Positions 31,691 through 46,155 of a DNA stretch of 64,000 bases are shown here, piece by piece. Position numbers and translations under genes: made by a program. A model generated the notes under the pieces. It was given only the letters and a program-made list of their open reading frames with translations. It was not told the origin of the DNA and did not search any database. The DNA is from the human T2T-CHM13v2.0 reference genome, Homo sapiens: NCBI RefSeq assembly GCF_009914755.1, contig NC_060928.1; one strand, given 5' to 3'. How positions within the stretch are numbered: position 1 is the stretch's first letter; each line of letters begins with the position of its first letter.

Positions 31691-32832
31691 GGAGTTCTGT
31701 GCAACGTTATCCACAGTCCACCAGGCAGGCTGAGAGCTGCTTCTTAACCAGCAAGTGCCTCATGGAGGGATTGGGTTTGGGGTTATGGAAGTGAACAGAG
31801 CTGCCTGCCTTAAGGCAAGTAGGCCTTGCTCTGTTCCCCTTGCAGTCCCCGAGCGCGGGAAGCCCGAGAGGGAGCCCTTCAGTGCTTGTGCACTCGGCTG
31901 TTTCGCAAGAGTCACGGTCAGTTGCGCCTCTGCTTCGGAAGAGTATTTTTAGTGGCAAATAAAGTGGTGCGCAAATAAACAAACGCCTGGAACAAATCCT
32001 GCAAAGGAGAGCGCCTGTGTGCGGCCCACTGTCTAACTAGGTCAGCCTCGGGCACAGCTCCTTTTGACAGTTTGCTCCCCAGGGCGGAAGGTGACCCGCA
32101 GGTGCCGGCTGCTTTCCCCACCAATCAGCCATCTGTGGTTTGAGACTCACAAGCTTAGGAGAGACTCGGGAGGCATCAGTTCCGCATCCCGCACTCCCAC
32201 GTGAATTTGCCCCCGCCCTGAGTCAGAACCCTAGAGGGGTGAAATCCCTGAATTCTGCAGAGGAAACCCATACTTCTTTGCTTTTTCAGCAATTCCAGGA
32301 GATGTCGTTTTTCAAGTGGCAAATGTGTGGCTCTAGAGGACAGAGTAACCACTTTGCAGCCAAGAAGCCCTGATGTCAACTCCCAGCTCTGCTGCAGCAC
32401 CCAGAAATCACCGGACCTTTCTGCATCTTTCTGGGTGACTCTGTCATGAGGATTTCATAATGTAATTCCCTAGCACATAAGAATTTCTCAACCAATATGG
32501 CTTTCTGTTTTCCTTCTCACTAGTCTTTGAGCTTCTTAAAGGGAAGACATGTCCTATTCATCTCTACACCCCCCACACCAGTCTGCATTCAGTAAGTGCT
32601 CAATCAATGTCTGCTGAATCACATCTTCCCACTCAACTGCATGGCCTCGGATGATCCAATTCTGTGGGACTCAGGGTCTCCCTGATTCTGAAGATCTCCA
32701 TTTCAGCCACCCCATCCTGGTGCTTTTTCTGGAGAGACTGGGAAAAAGGTGAGCAGAAGAGAATAGAACCAGGAGAGGGAGTGAAAGAGGGGTTGAAAGG
32801 GGGTTGGGGGAAGGAAGGGGAGGGAAGGGAAA

Positions 32833-33177
32833 TGCTATAGTTTGAATGTGTCCCCTCCAAAATTCAGATGATGCCAATGTGATAGTAGGAAGAGGTGGTG
32901 CCTGTAAGAGGTGATGAGGCTGTGAGGTTTCCTTCTTTGTTAATGGGATTAAAGGTCTTATAAAATAGGCTTTGCGCAGCATTGCACTAGCTTGCTCTCT
33001 TGCCTTATGCCATGTGAGGTTGCAGCAAGACGCCCCTCATGAGATGCCAGCACCTTGATCTTGGACTTTCCAGCCTCCATAGCTATGAGAAATAAATTTC
33101 TGTTCTTTATTAATTACCCAATCTCAGGTATTCTATGATAACTATTCTGTTATAGCAGCACAAAACAGACTAAAACA
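32833..33177 (+). mobile_element. MST-family MaLR solo LTR
   Basis: tgctatagtttgaatgtgtcccctccaaaattca ... acagactaaaaca; near-TSD ggaaa/ggaag. Confidence 0.88.
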
Positions 33178-33522
33178 GGAAGGGAAGGGAGGAAGACAAA
33201 ACAGAAGATAGGAGAGAAAGGGAAAAGAAGGGAGGCAAGACAAAAGGAGAAGGGGGAAGGAGAGGGAGGGGAGGGGAGGAGAAGGCAGAGAAGAGGAGGG
33301 GATCTTGAGGGGAGGGGAGAGAATGTAAGAGGGGAGGGAAGGAGAAGGAAGGGGGAGGAGGGGGACAGGAGAGGGAGGGGAGGGGAAGAGAAGAAAGCGG
33401 GGAGGAGAGGGGACAGGAGAGGGAAAGGAAGGAAAAGTAGGATAGGGAAGGGAAGGAGAGAAAAGATGAAAGGAGAGGAGAGGGGAGGGGAAGAGAGGAG
33501 AGGGAAGGGGAGGAGAGAGGAA
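33178..33522. repeat. Polypurine (GA-rich) low-complexity tract; resumes at 33853-33990 and also precedes the MST LTR (32755-32832)
   Basis: Almost exclusively G/A on the + strand. Confidence 0.95.
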
Positions 33523-33528
33523 GCATAC

Positions 33529-35144
<1,616 letters not shown>

Positions 35145-35766
35145 ATTGGCTGGAGCTTTGGGAAAGAGGTATTCTTTTTCCATCGAGGACTCCAAGCTGG
35201 CAGGTTGGAGATCCTCTTAGCTATCTTGTGTGGAGATGCTGCCTAAGATCTACTAAGCACAGACAAAAGCAGAGCCATGGGTCAGGAAATATCCATTTCT
35301 CCCTTGATCCAGCCATTCCTGAAACCACGTGCATTCATTTTACAAACTAACATTTCACTCCCCAACACCTCTGTTATTTATAGTTAAGCCAGTTTGAATC
35401 AAGTCTCTGTCATTTGTGGCCAAACAAATCCTAATTAATATTATCTGTGAATCAACAAGCCTGTCTAGCTAATACCAGATGTTGAAGATGATAAAAAAGA
35501 TGATGTCGTGGACCCAAATGAAATACCTAAGGTGTGGTAGAAGGCGCCCAGCACTGGAGTCCAGCTCTAGTCCCAGCCCTGCTACCCCTAAAGAGGATAA
35601 AATAGCTTAACCTCCCCTAAGGCATTACCAATACAGGGATGATAATACCACATAGGTCTGCCTGTTAGGAATATTGACCAGATGATAATATGCATGTGAA
35701 AGCATTTTGAAATTCAAAAGCTCAATACACACATAGTAACAAGGTATGCTATAAATCTATGCTACC

Positions 35767-36075
35767 TGGCTGGGCACAGTGGCTCATGCCTGTAATCCCA
35801 GCAGTTTAATAGGCCAAGGTAGGAGGATTGCTTGAGGTCAGGAGTTCAAGTCCAGCCTGGGTAACATAACCACAATCCCATCTCTACAAAAATAAAAAAT
35901 TAACTGGACTTGATGGTGCACACCTTTAGTCCCAGCTACTCAGGAAACCGAGGCAGAAGGATTGCTTGAACCCAAGACTTTGGGGCTGCACTGACCTATA
36001 TTTGCACCACTAACTCCAGCCTCAGTGACAGGGCAAGACCCTGTCTCAAAAATAAATAAATACATGAATAAATAA
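35767..36075 (+). mobile_element. AluJ-like
   Basis: Diverged Alu dimer; TSD ataaatct(a/g)tgct. Confidence 0.92.
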
Positions 36076-36077
36076 AT

Positions 36078-36410
36078 CTGTGCTGTCCAACACAGTAGCT
36101 ACTAACTACCTGCTGTTACTGAGCATGTAAAATGTGGCTAGTCTGAGCTGAAATGTGCTGTAAGTGTAAAACACACATCAGCTTTCACAGACTTGATTTT
36201 TTTAAATAATATAAATATCCTATTAATAATTTTTATATTAATTTCATATCGAAAGGATATTTGTGATCTACTGAGTTAAATAAAGTACATTGTTAAAGTT
36301 AATTTCATCTGTTTCTTTCCCCTCATTTAATGTAGACACCAGGAAATTGTAAGTTGCATGTGGTGGTTTGCATATGTGGTTCACATTCTATTTCTGTTGG
36401 CAGCACTTGT
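36078..36410. mobile_element. MER33-like hAT element
   Basis: tgtgctgtccaa...aaatgtggctagtctgagctgaaatgtgctgtaagtgtaaaacacac...tttctgttggcagcac. Confidence 0.75.
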
Positions 36411-36849
36411 CTAAATTGTGAGGGATGGTTCGTTGTTGGCGTGGGAGGTCAGTGAATTCTGGAGGAGTCAGAAAAATCAGAAAAACCTCAGATGAAGAGA
36501 CAAGGATGGGGGTAGGATGGCATTTGGAACCCATTCTCCATGGTTGTTGTCTCTAATTTTCCCTGTGAATAAAATGAACAGTCTTCCCTTTCCCCATCAT
36601 TCCTCCCACCATTCGCCACCCACCGCCCACCAGAGAATGAGATGGTTTTAGCATCCTGTGTGCTTTTCACAGCTGAAATGCTGGCAATTTTGCCACAGAT
36701 TCAGATCTACTCGGACTCACTGGTTTCCTTTGGTAAAATGCCCCATATCCAGAAGGGAAGTCTGCTGGCTTCTCTGACCTGGGCGTGTCTTTAGGATTTC
36801 TCAATAGGATGACATCTGTGGCTGGTTGTCCAACACTCATGGCTCCCTT

Positions 36850-37510
36850 CTGGAAGCGGTGCACTTTGTTCTTACCCTGAGTTACCCCGAAAAGGAGACC
36901 CTGAGAAGGACTGCATGCAAATGGTTTGGGGGCACAGGAATTGCAGGGAACACTTTGAGAGAGCAGGGAAGTGAGACAGGGAACAAATGGAAGCCAGTAA
37001 AGGGTGAATTAATGAGGCCACCATGGGGGACATGGATTCAGTGTCTTGGGAAATACCTTGAGAAATACTGTGCAGCATATCTCCTTACTGTCCCTGTGTA
37101 AGGAACCTGGGATATTTATTAACTAACTTTTATTCCTTAGTATTGAGGGTCAATCTTGGGGTGTTAACTTTCTGGTATTTCCAGCTTGGGTGTACACCAC
37201 CAGGAACAGGGAATGCCCTCAGACAGAAAGATGCAGGCAATCTTTGAAGTATACAGGAAATGTCTGCAAGTGATCTTCAGGATAGGCTGCAGGGAAATGG
37301 TCAGAGCACAGACAGGGTCTGCTATACCTTAGAAGAAAGAGAGAAGACATGGAGAGAAGTGGGGTCCTTGGCAATAGTCCTGATCTACTGGATCAAGCCT
37401 TACTTGAAGCCTACCTCTAGACTTGTCATTACCTGCCCCTATATATTCCATATGCTATTTAAACTGGTTTGAGTTTTCTGTTATTCACAATGTAATGATT
37501 TCTAACTCAG
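36850..37510. mobile_element. Old ERVL-class LTR plus MLT1 3' fragment
   Basis: gagaccctgaga...cagggaagtgagacagggaa...aagccagtaaagggtg; ctggatcaagccttacttgaagcc...gttttctgtta. Confidence 0.5.
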
Positions 37511-37985
37511 TCTTTTCCTAACCTGGTTCCTACAATTGAGCAGATTCCCTGTGGTTTCAAAATCAGGAAACAGGGCTGATGGGTAAGTCATGTCATCATT
37601 TCCTTCCTGAAACCAGAGTGCAACGGAAAGAAAAGGAGGAGTTGCATGGGATGGTGGCCAAGTTCTCATTGTGACCCAGGGACCATTACAGTAAAAGGAA
37701 CCTGCCTAGGGAACTTGCTCAGCTCTCTCTAAACACAGTCAGCTCCATGTTCCCAACTGAATGTCACGTCAATGCGTCGATGTTAATTCCGGTAAACTGA
37801 ATCCACCCGAGAATCTTGTTGTGGAAGCAAAATCGGCTTAAAAGGCTTCTTTGATGCACAGGGAATTCTCACAAGCAATAAATTAAAAATAATCAACGAG
37901 TTATTTTATATAATCTGTATATAATATAAAGTAATTGTGTCCATAAATAACGAGGCAGTTAAACAGGAAAAGAAAGGATTTTTAC

Positions 37986-38125
37986 CTGACGTTCACATCG
38001 CTTCACAAGGTTTAGTGGATTCAGAAGGACATCTGGACTCCAGGAAAATTTAAGCGTAGCATTTTGAGACTTCCCTAAGGCCCCCTTCTCTAGTACGCAA
38101 TCGCGGATTCACCAGCTTGAGTCAG
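37986..38125 (-). other. Candidate non-coding first exon / distal promoter (possibly a long CCDC149 isoform)
   Basis: Minus-strand donor CAG|GTAAAA at 37986/37985; repeat-free, locally CpG-enriched; TGAGTCA at 38118-38124. Gene assignment rests only on recalled gene order next to LGI2. Confidence 0.4.
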
Positions 38126-39389
38126 TTGGCCTCAGTTTTGCTTTTGGAGGTTTAAGTCGGGTGGTGGGAAGAGATACATTTCCATTCCTGATATGGCCAC
38201 AAGAGGGAGCTCCCAATGGTCGGCTGCACCTGAAAGTCCTGTCCGTGAAAACTGACAAAGAAAACTTGATTTAAAAGGCGTCTTCTGATAAACCTCAGCA
38301 TCTCCTTACTAACATACTAAGAGCAATCACTGAACACTTTTCGTATGTTCAATGCGTCCTCGCGGGATCTGAGAAGCATTGTCCTATTAAATCTCAGTCG
38401 TCTGATTTTCAGCATCAATTTATCTTGGGAGCTGCTCCTGCATTTTATAAGGTGAATTCTACAGCAACGAGATTAAAGATTCAGAAAGTGAGTAAAGTTA
38501 ACACTGAGCCCTTGGGCCTGGTAAATTGACAACGGAGCCAGAATAAGTATTTACCATTGTAAAGCTCTGATCCTCATGGCACAGTTGTTTCTGAAGAATG
38601 CTACCAGCACTTCCCTGCCCTGCATTTGTCTGGCTTTTTCCATTCATATTTGAATCGATTCTCTCTCTCTCTCTCTCTTTTTTTTTAATTATTATTATCA
38701 TTTTCCAGGGACTTTGGGTCATTATAAGATTGCAGGTAATGACAGACTGTAATTAAGCCTAAAACAGATTTTTCTTTTAGGAGACAGAAGAATCCACTCT
38801 AGCTGAGACTCCAGATTGCCTGGGCTGTAATTTACGGTGCTATCACAAAGGGGTCCTTTTTCCGCATGGTGCTCTGCGGTGATGAGCCAGAAGCTGAAGC
38901 TGAGGGGTGTGTGACTCTCCCGCACACTCTCTGGAGTGAGCAGAATGGACGCTTAAATGGCTAAGTATAGCTTGAAACTGATTACAGGCCAGATCCCACT
39001 ATTGTGCATCATCAGTTGTCATTGTTGAGACTGAAATTGCACTGGGATGTTTCTCTTTGTCACCGGCTCCAAGCTCATTTCTAGGACAGGAGTGAAACCG
39101 TATGGTGAGCCTCGGGCCCAAGCACAGGGAGAATTGTTCTTCTGGTGTGTCCCCCAAGGAAGAGCTTGGCAGGTCTTTGGCAGTGGAAGATGGGCTGGCT
39201 TCAGTCATGATACCTATAACATTGGTATTGCTAGGGCTTCCAGATTTATGGATAGTAAACTCTAATCTCTAGCAAAGAAGGTTGAAATTGTAGCTCTTCC
39301 TCAGTTGCTGTGTGAACTTAAGCAAGCAGCTTAACTTCTCTGGCCTTAGTTTTCTTATCTGTACAACAGAACTAATTATAGTTACTCTC

Positions 39390-39742
39390 TGATATGGTTT
39401 GGCTGTGTCCCCACTCAAATCTCATCTTGAACTGTAGCTCCTATGATTCCCACGTGTTGTGCGAGGGACCTGGTGGGAGATAATTGAATCAGGGGAGCAG
39501 GTCTTTCGTGTGCTGTTCTCATGATAGCGGACAGGTCTCACAAGATCTGATGGTTTTATAAAGGGGAGTTTCCCAACACAAGTTCTCTTGTCTGCTGCCA
39601 TATAAGACGTGCCTTTCACCTCCCACCATGATTGTGAGGCCTCTCCAGCCACATGGAATTGTGAGTCCATTAAACCTCTTTTTTTGTAAATTGCCCAGTC
39701 TTGGGTACGTCTTTATCAGCAGTGTAAAAATGGACTAATACA
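39390..39742 (+). mobile_element. THE1 solo LTR inserted in a MIR
   Basis: tgatatggtttggctgtgtcccc ... ggactaataca; exact 5 bp TSD ctctc. Confidence 0.95.
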
Positions 39743-39801
39743 CTCTCCTATTCTCAAGGTAGATTTGCAGAGCAATGAAATGAGATATATGAAGACCCCA
39801 A

Positions 39802-39954
39802 GATATATATATATATATATATATAGATAGATAGATAGATAGATAGATATTCACACACACACACATACACTCAGGCACTGTACACACACATGCACAAACA
39901 TAATAGGCATAGAAGATATAGAAACTACCCATATGCCCATATGTATTATTATGG

Positions 39955-40001
<47 letters not shown>
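39802..40001. repeat. Compound microsatellite (TA)n(TAGA)n(CA)n ... (TG)n
   Basis: Seen directly; ~22 TG units at 39957-40001. Confidence 0.95.
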
Positions 40002-40002
<1 letters not shown>

Positions 40003-40157
40003 TTTCTTGGTAAAAGCACTGGGGTAAGACTATGGAGCGTTCATATGCTAGGAGATGAAGTCTGGACCTGACTGCATAGTAACGATAATAATAATAATCT
40101 TGCATTCAGGGCTTATTGTGAGCCAGGCACTGTTCTAAGCTCTTTGCATGTATGAAA

Positions 40158-40335
40158 GCAGCGGTTTTCAATAGAAGCATTATCAGCATTCAGGCAGAAC
40201 AATTCTTCATTGTCAGTGGGACTGTCCTAAGCCTTGTGTGATTACCAAAGGTCTCTCAAGACCCTCATCATCTCTGCTAACGAAAGGCAGCCCAACTCCC
40301 CTGCACTTTTAAAAACACCCAGCTGAGAACCAATT
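40158..40335. mobile_element. MER20-like hAT element
   Basis: cagcggttttcaa...aattcttcattgt...gggactgtcct...gctgagaaccaattg. Confidence 0.6.
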
Positions 40336-40344
40336 GCCTAAGTA

Positions 40345-40990
<646 letters not shown>

Positions 40991-41049
40991 GGAATGGACA
41001 GTGGGATGCTGGCAAGGGCTTTTGAGCCAAAATGGTGTCAGAGTGACTG

Positions 41050-41500
41050 TGGGGGACACTGCTCGGCCAGCCCAGCCAATATTCGTTTCTGTTTCTTCTA
41101 TACTAGCAAAATCCTGATTGTATTTGTGATGGTCTTGTGTTCAAATACTCTGCTCCTTAGATCCCATGTAACCTAGTTTTTGTCAAAAAGCATAAATGGA
41201 AGTCAACTGGGTGGGCCATCTGGGGAAGCTGTTGTTAACATGAGAAAAAGACTTGGCTGACATGTGCCTTTTGCCCTTTGCCCTTCCCTCCTTTTGCTGC
41301 TTGGAAAGCAGACACAATGTCTGAAGGTAGAGCAGCCTCTTTGGGACCATGAGGTTGACAGTCATATTATAGGAATGGTGAAAGGAGGGAGGAGTCTAGT
41401 TCCTTAAGTAGGACTCTTCATTATGTGAGCAGAATAAACACCTCGTTTGGTTAGGCCACAGTAGTCGGATTTCTGTTACAAGAGTTGAACATGAGCCTCA
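41050..41500 (+). mobile_element. Old MLT1 LTR
   Basis: gagcagcctctttgggaccatgagg; tatgtgagcagaataaac...ttaggccacagtagtcggatttctgttac. Confidence 0.6.
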
Positions 41501-42959
41501 CTGATCATTATGGTTTCGTTTTGAAGTCAATGCACTGGATGTTTTTGCTTTTCAGTCTGTCTCAAGCATTTGAGCATCTTAGCTAAGTTTGGGGAAATTC
41601 TGACGTTAAGAGTTGGGCCTCCACATGGCAGAACTCAGAAACCACCAATGGCCAAGTCCCTCATGGCATGAGGCTCTGCCAGTCAGTATTCGATTCCGAG
41701 AAACTGGAGAAGAGGATCTAGTGTTTAGCCCCAATAGCCTTTTAATAAACTCCTTGTCTGCTTAGCCAGCCCAAGCCAGCATCAATTGCCTGCAACCTAG
41801 AGCACTAATGGCTGCAGCTGGGAGTTAGTAAAGGCCCTGCTCCTCAACAGTGTCTTATTAAAATCCTATTCCCCAGGAAAAGACACATGAATCCTTAACT
41901 TCTCAGCAGGAAACACTGCTCTGAGATCAGGCACTTCCTTACGTTGGAAGGGCATTGTAATCTGTGCCATTGGCAAAATGCAAGACAACTCTTATTATCC
42001 CCACTTACCTCTGTCTCTGGAGGCTGCTGCAGTGCTGGGTTTACAGGGTGTATTGACAATCACTTTTTGAATTCAAGTTGCTTGCGAGGAATCTGGGTAG
42101 ACCAAACCTGGGTAGGGAAACACAACGAGTGAGGAGTTGCTGGAATGCCAGTCATCTGCCTCTGGATGGAGTGTACTTCCCAGCACACCCCTCTGCTTCA
42201 GCCCAAGAATGTTTATGTAGAAGTGAGACCACCTGGATTCAAATCGTGGCACTAATACTTACCCGCTGTGTGTGATCTTAGGGAGGTTACTTAAGGTCTC
42301 TGAGCTTTGGTTTCCTCCTCTCCAGGGTTAAAGAGTCTGTGAACTGTGCAGACACTTAGGGTCTCCCCCACTTGGCAATGTTCCCTACTTAGTTTCATGC
42401 TTTGCTGCTACCATCTTAAAATTTGTAATAATTTTTAACAAGGAGCCCTGCATTTTCATTTTGTCCCAGGACATGTAAGTTATGTAGCCAGTCTTGCTTC
42501 TCTATAAATTGAGAATACTATTTATCACAAATATTTGCAGTGAGAAGTAAATGAGAAAATGTCTTTTATGTGCTTTGCCAAGTGTCTGAAACTAGTATGT
42601 TTTCAGTGAATGATGGCTGTTCCATGTCAGCGCAGCTAATTTTCTCACAGCATCCTCCCTGGCAGGCTAAGCTCCCTGCACCCCCTTTACTAACCTCCAT
42701 GTACTCAGGGCCCATGTGAGGACAAATTGGACACCCGCTGCAGCATCAGGAAGTGGGAGACCTTAAGGAGCCAAGAATTCCCAGAAGTGAGATTTTTGTT
42801 TCAGTTCTTTCCAAATATAAAGGCATTTGAACTTCCCCTGTAACTTTGATGCTGCAGATGGAATTTCCTACAGGATTCTAAGGTGAGAAATCCAGGTCAT
42901 GTGATTAGCCAGAAACGCCACAGGCTCATAGCAGAAGCTCCCAGACGGTTCCTTCTAAA

Positions 42960-43510
42960 GCACTGACACTTGTCTGCACTGTGAGGTTTGGGGATTAGAC
43001 AGACCTTTCCTGAATACTCCTTAAAATCTTCTGGGCCTCACCTCTTATTCCAGCCACTACTGCAGTGACCAGTTCCAGGCTGACTTTGACCAGCTTTGTG
43101 CAGGTGCAACTGGACATATTTACTGGGATTCACCACACACCTCTGTCCTCCTGTCTTGGGTGAACATGCATCCTGATGCTGTCATATGGGGCACCCCTAG
43201 AGCCTGCCTAACCCAGAAAAGGGGGAAAGTAAATGCCTGCAAGGCCACCCCTGGCCAGTGGGGGATGAACACTAATGGATAAATGCTTCCCTTTTCATCC
43301 CCTTGCCTGCAGCTCCGAAATACATCAAATACAGCCACTTAGAAGATCCCAGTGGGATGCTGAGGCAGCAGCCCCTGTAGCACAGGCCAACTTGTTCCTC
43401 CTCCTGTTTCTCACTCCAGCTCCCGTGGATCCTCCTCTCCAATAGTCAACCCCATGCAACAAAGCCTTTGCATAAGGCCCTGCTTTCCTGGGATCCCAGG
43501 CTAAGATGAC
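42960..43510 (+). mobile_element. LTR16-like ERVL LTR
   Basis: ccagccactactgcagtgaccagttc; ends ctgctttcctgggatcccaggctaagatg. Confidence 0.6.
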
Positions 43511-43893
43511 CCCCTAATCTTCTGAAATGAAATACATTTACAATATGACATAACCTACCTCCACACAATGTAATGCCATAATTGAATTTTGATAGATAAA
43601 TGAAAAGGAAATAATCTTAAAAATAATTAAAACGTCCCAGCAGAACTCTACCAGAAAACCAAGGGAGCAATCAAAGACACTGACCCCTTTGCATGGAATC
43701 CCTATGAAAGTGACTTCGTGGCAAGAACCCTAGAAGGAGGGTCAGAGGACCTGGTTGGAGTAACCAGCTCTACCATTAGCCTCCTGTATCATTTGAGTCC
43801 TTTTTTTCTAGGCATCCATTTTCTCAAGGATGGTGTGGCATTGAACTGTACGCTCTCTAAGGACCCTTCCAGATTGATTTCTATATGATTTTC

Positions 43894-44195
43894 TTTTTTT
43901 TTTTTTTTTTTTTTTGAGACGGAGTCTCGCTGTCGCCCAGGCTGGAGTGCAGTGGCGAGATCTCGGCTCACTGCAGGCTCCACCCCCTGGGGTTCACGCC
44001 ATTCTCCTGCCTCAGCCTCCCGAGTAGCTGGGACTACAGGCACCTGCCACCTCGCCCGGCTAATTTTTTGTATTTTTAGTAGAGACGGGGTTTCACCGTG
44101 TTAGCCGGGATGGTCTCGATCTCCTGACCTCGTGATCCGCCCGCCTCGGCCTCCCAAAGTGCTGGGATTACAGGCGTGAGCCACCGCGCCCGGCC
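43894..44195 (-). mobile_element. AluY (AluYe-like diagnostics) with 15 bp TSD
   Basis: CpG-rich; ccacctcgcccggc and ctgcaggctccaccccctggggttcacgccattc; TSD ttctatatgattttc at 43879-43893 and 44196-44210. Confidence 0.95.
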
Positions 44196-44587
44196 TTCTA
44201 TATGATTTTCTGATCTTCTGACCTTTTCAGGACACTTGTTATCTTGTTCTGGCCTCCCTCCAGCTGTTAGCCCGGCCACCAACAGCTGAAATACTAAAGT
44301 TTTTACTGAGGAGCCACACCTGCCAGGTGATGAAAAAAGAGGCAGAATTCTCCATTGTAGAGTTTACATTTTGGGAGGTGGTGGTGATGGGGAACAGACA
44401 GTAAGCAAACAAGCAACTAAACATATAGTATGCCAGGGAGAGGTAAGAGCAGTGGAGAAAAATAAACAAGTAAGGGGTTAGGGAATATGGGTGGTAGGAG
44501 GCAGGAGAGGCTGCTAAGTAAATTCCCTATGATGCTCGTCCCATAGAGTTATCAATACAAGGAGTGACGTCCCACTTGGAATGCCTG

Positions 44588-45267
44588 CTGTTCTGGTTAC
44601 TATTGCTGCATAATGAATGACCCCAAAAAGCAGTGGCTTAAAACCATAGTTATTTCATTAGCTCTCATTGTTTCTATTGGCCAGTAATTTGGGAAGACCT
44701 TGGCAGGTTGGCTTTAAGTCTCTCAGGCTCCATGGTCAGACCATAGCTGGAGCAGTAGAGGCTGCCCAGGAATCTCCCTCTCTCTTCATTTAGTCTCAGG
44801 GCCCCTCCTTGAGGTCTCTGTATGGGCTACGTTGGGCTTCCTCACATCACAGAGGCCTCAGGACAGTAAGACCACTGACATGGGTAGCACAGAGCTCCAG
44901 GCGAGTGCTCCAGGAAAGAAAACTGAGGTTGCAACACCTTTTGTGGTAGACACTCCCTAGGGAGGCCCCCATGATTTCTCCCCTTAGAATCTGCACTCTA
45001 TATAACTGCCTCACCTTGAGGTTGGCAGGAACTGTGACTCGATTCTAACCAATCAAATATGGCAAGGGAATGGGATGTCACACTTGTGATTATGTGTATG
45101 TGATATGGCAGTGGTGTAAGGGGATCACAGGTGTAATTAAGGCCCCTAATCAGTTAATGTGAGTTAATCAAAAGGGAGATAATCCTGAACGGGCCTGAGC
45201 TAATCATATGGCCTCAAAAGAAGATCTAGATCTTCCCTGTAGTGAAAGAATCCAAGCAGCAGAAATT

Positions 45268-45316
<49 letters not shown>

Positions 45317-46155
45317 CATTGCTTGCTATTATGGGCTGGATTGCTCCGCCACCACCACCAAATTCATATGTTGAAGACCTAACCTCCAGTACCTCAGAAT
45401 ATGACTGTGTTTGGAGATAGGACTTTAAAAGTGGTGATTATGTTAAAAGGAGACTGTCAGAGTGGATCTTAATCCAATCTGATTGGTGTCCTTATAACAA
45501 AGAAGATGGAGAGACACCAGGGATGTGTGCACACAGAGGAAAGACCATGTGAGGACATAGCGAGAAAACACCCATCTGTAAGCCAGGGAGACAGGCTTAC
45601 AAAAGAACTGAATCTGCCAACACTTTGATCTCAGATTTCTAGCCTCTGGAACTGTGAGAAAATAAATGTCTGTTGTTTAAGCCACCCCAAAACTGTGACA
45701 TTTTGTTATGGAAGCCCTAGAAAAATAATACACTTGTCTTGAAGAAATCAGCTGCCACAAATTCCACAGTCATAAGGAAATAAATTCCGGCCAAAACCTG
45801 AGGGAACATGAAAATGGCTTCTTCCCTAGTTGAGCCTTCAGATAAGAACACAGCCAAGACCACACCTGGATTCTGTCCTTGGGAGATCCTGAGCAGAGAA
45901 TGCAGCTAAGCTATACCCAGATTTCTGACCCACAGAGAGTGTGATATACTAATGTTTTGGTGAGCCACTAAGTTTGTGGTCATTTGTCATGCCACAAAAA
46001 GACCTAATTCATCTGTAATAACCCAGCTTAGGAAGTCATAGCACCACTTTTGTTGCATCTTATTGGTTACAAATGAGCCACAAGCCCACCCAGATTTAAG
46101 CACTGGGATGGGAGGTGTTGCTGGGGCCAAATTTGGAAAATACAGCCTGTGACAC
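44588..46155. mobile_element. Three nested MaLR LTRs: minus MLT1 > plus MLT1E/F-like (44942-46012) > plus MLT1B-like (45327-45732); (TC)n at 45271-45310
   Basis: Separate LTR termini; the inner element has a cttgc/cttgt TSD; each outer element resumes after the inner one. Confidence 0.72.
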
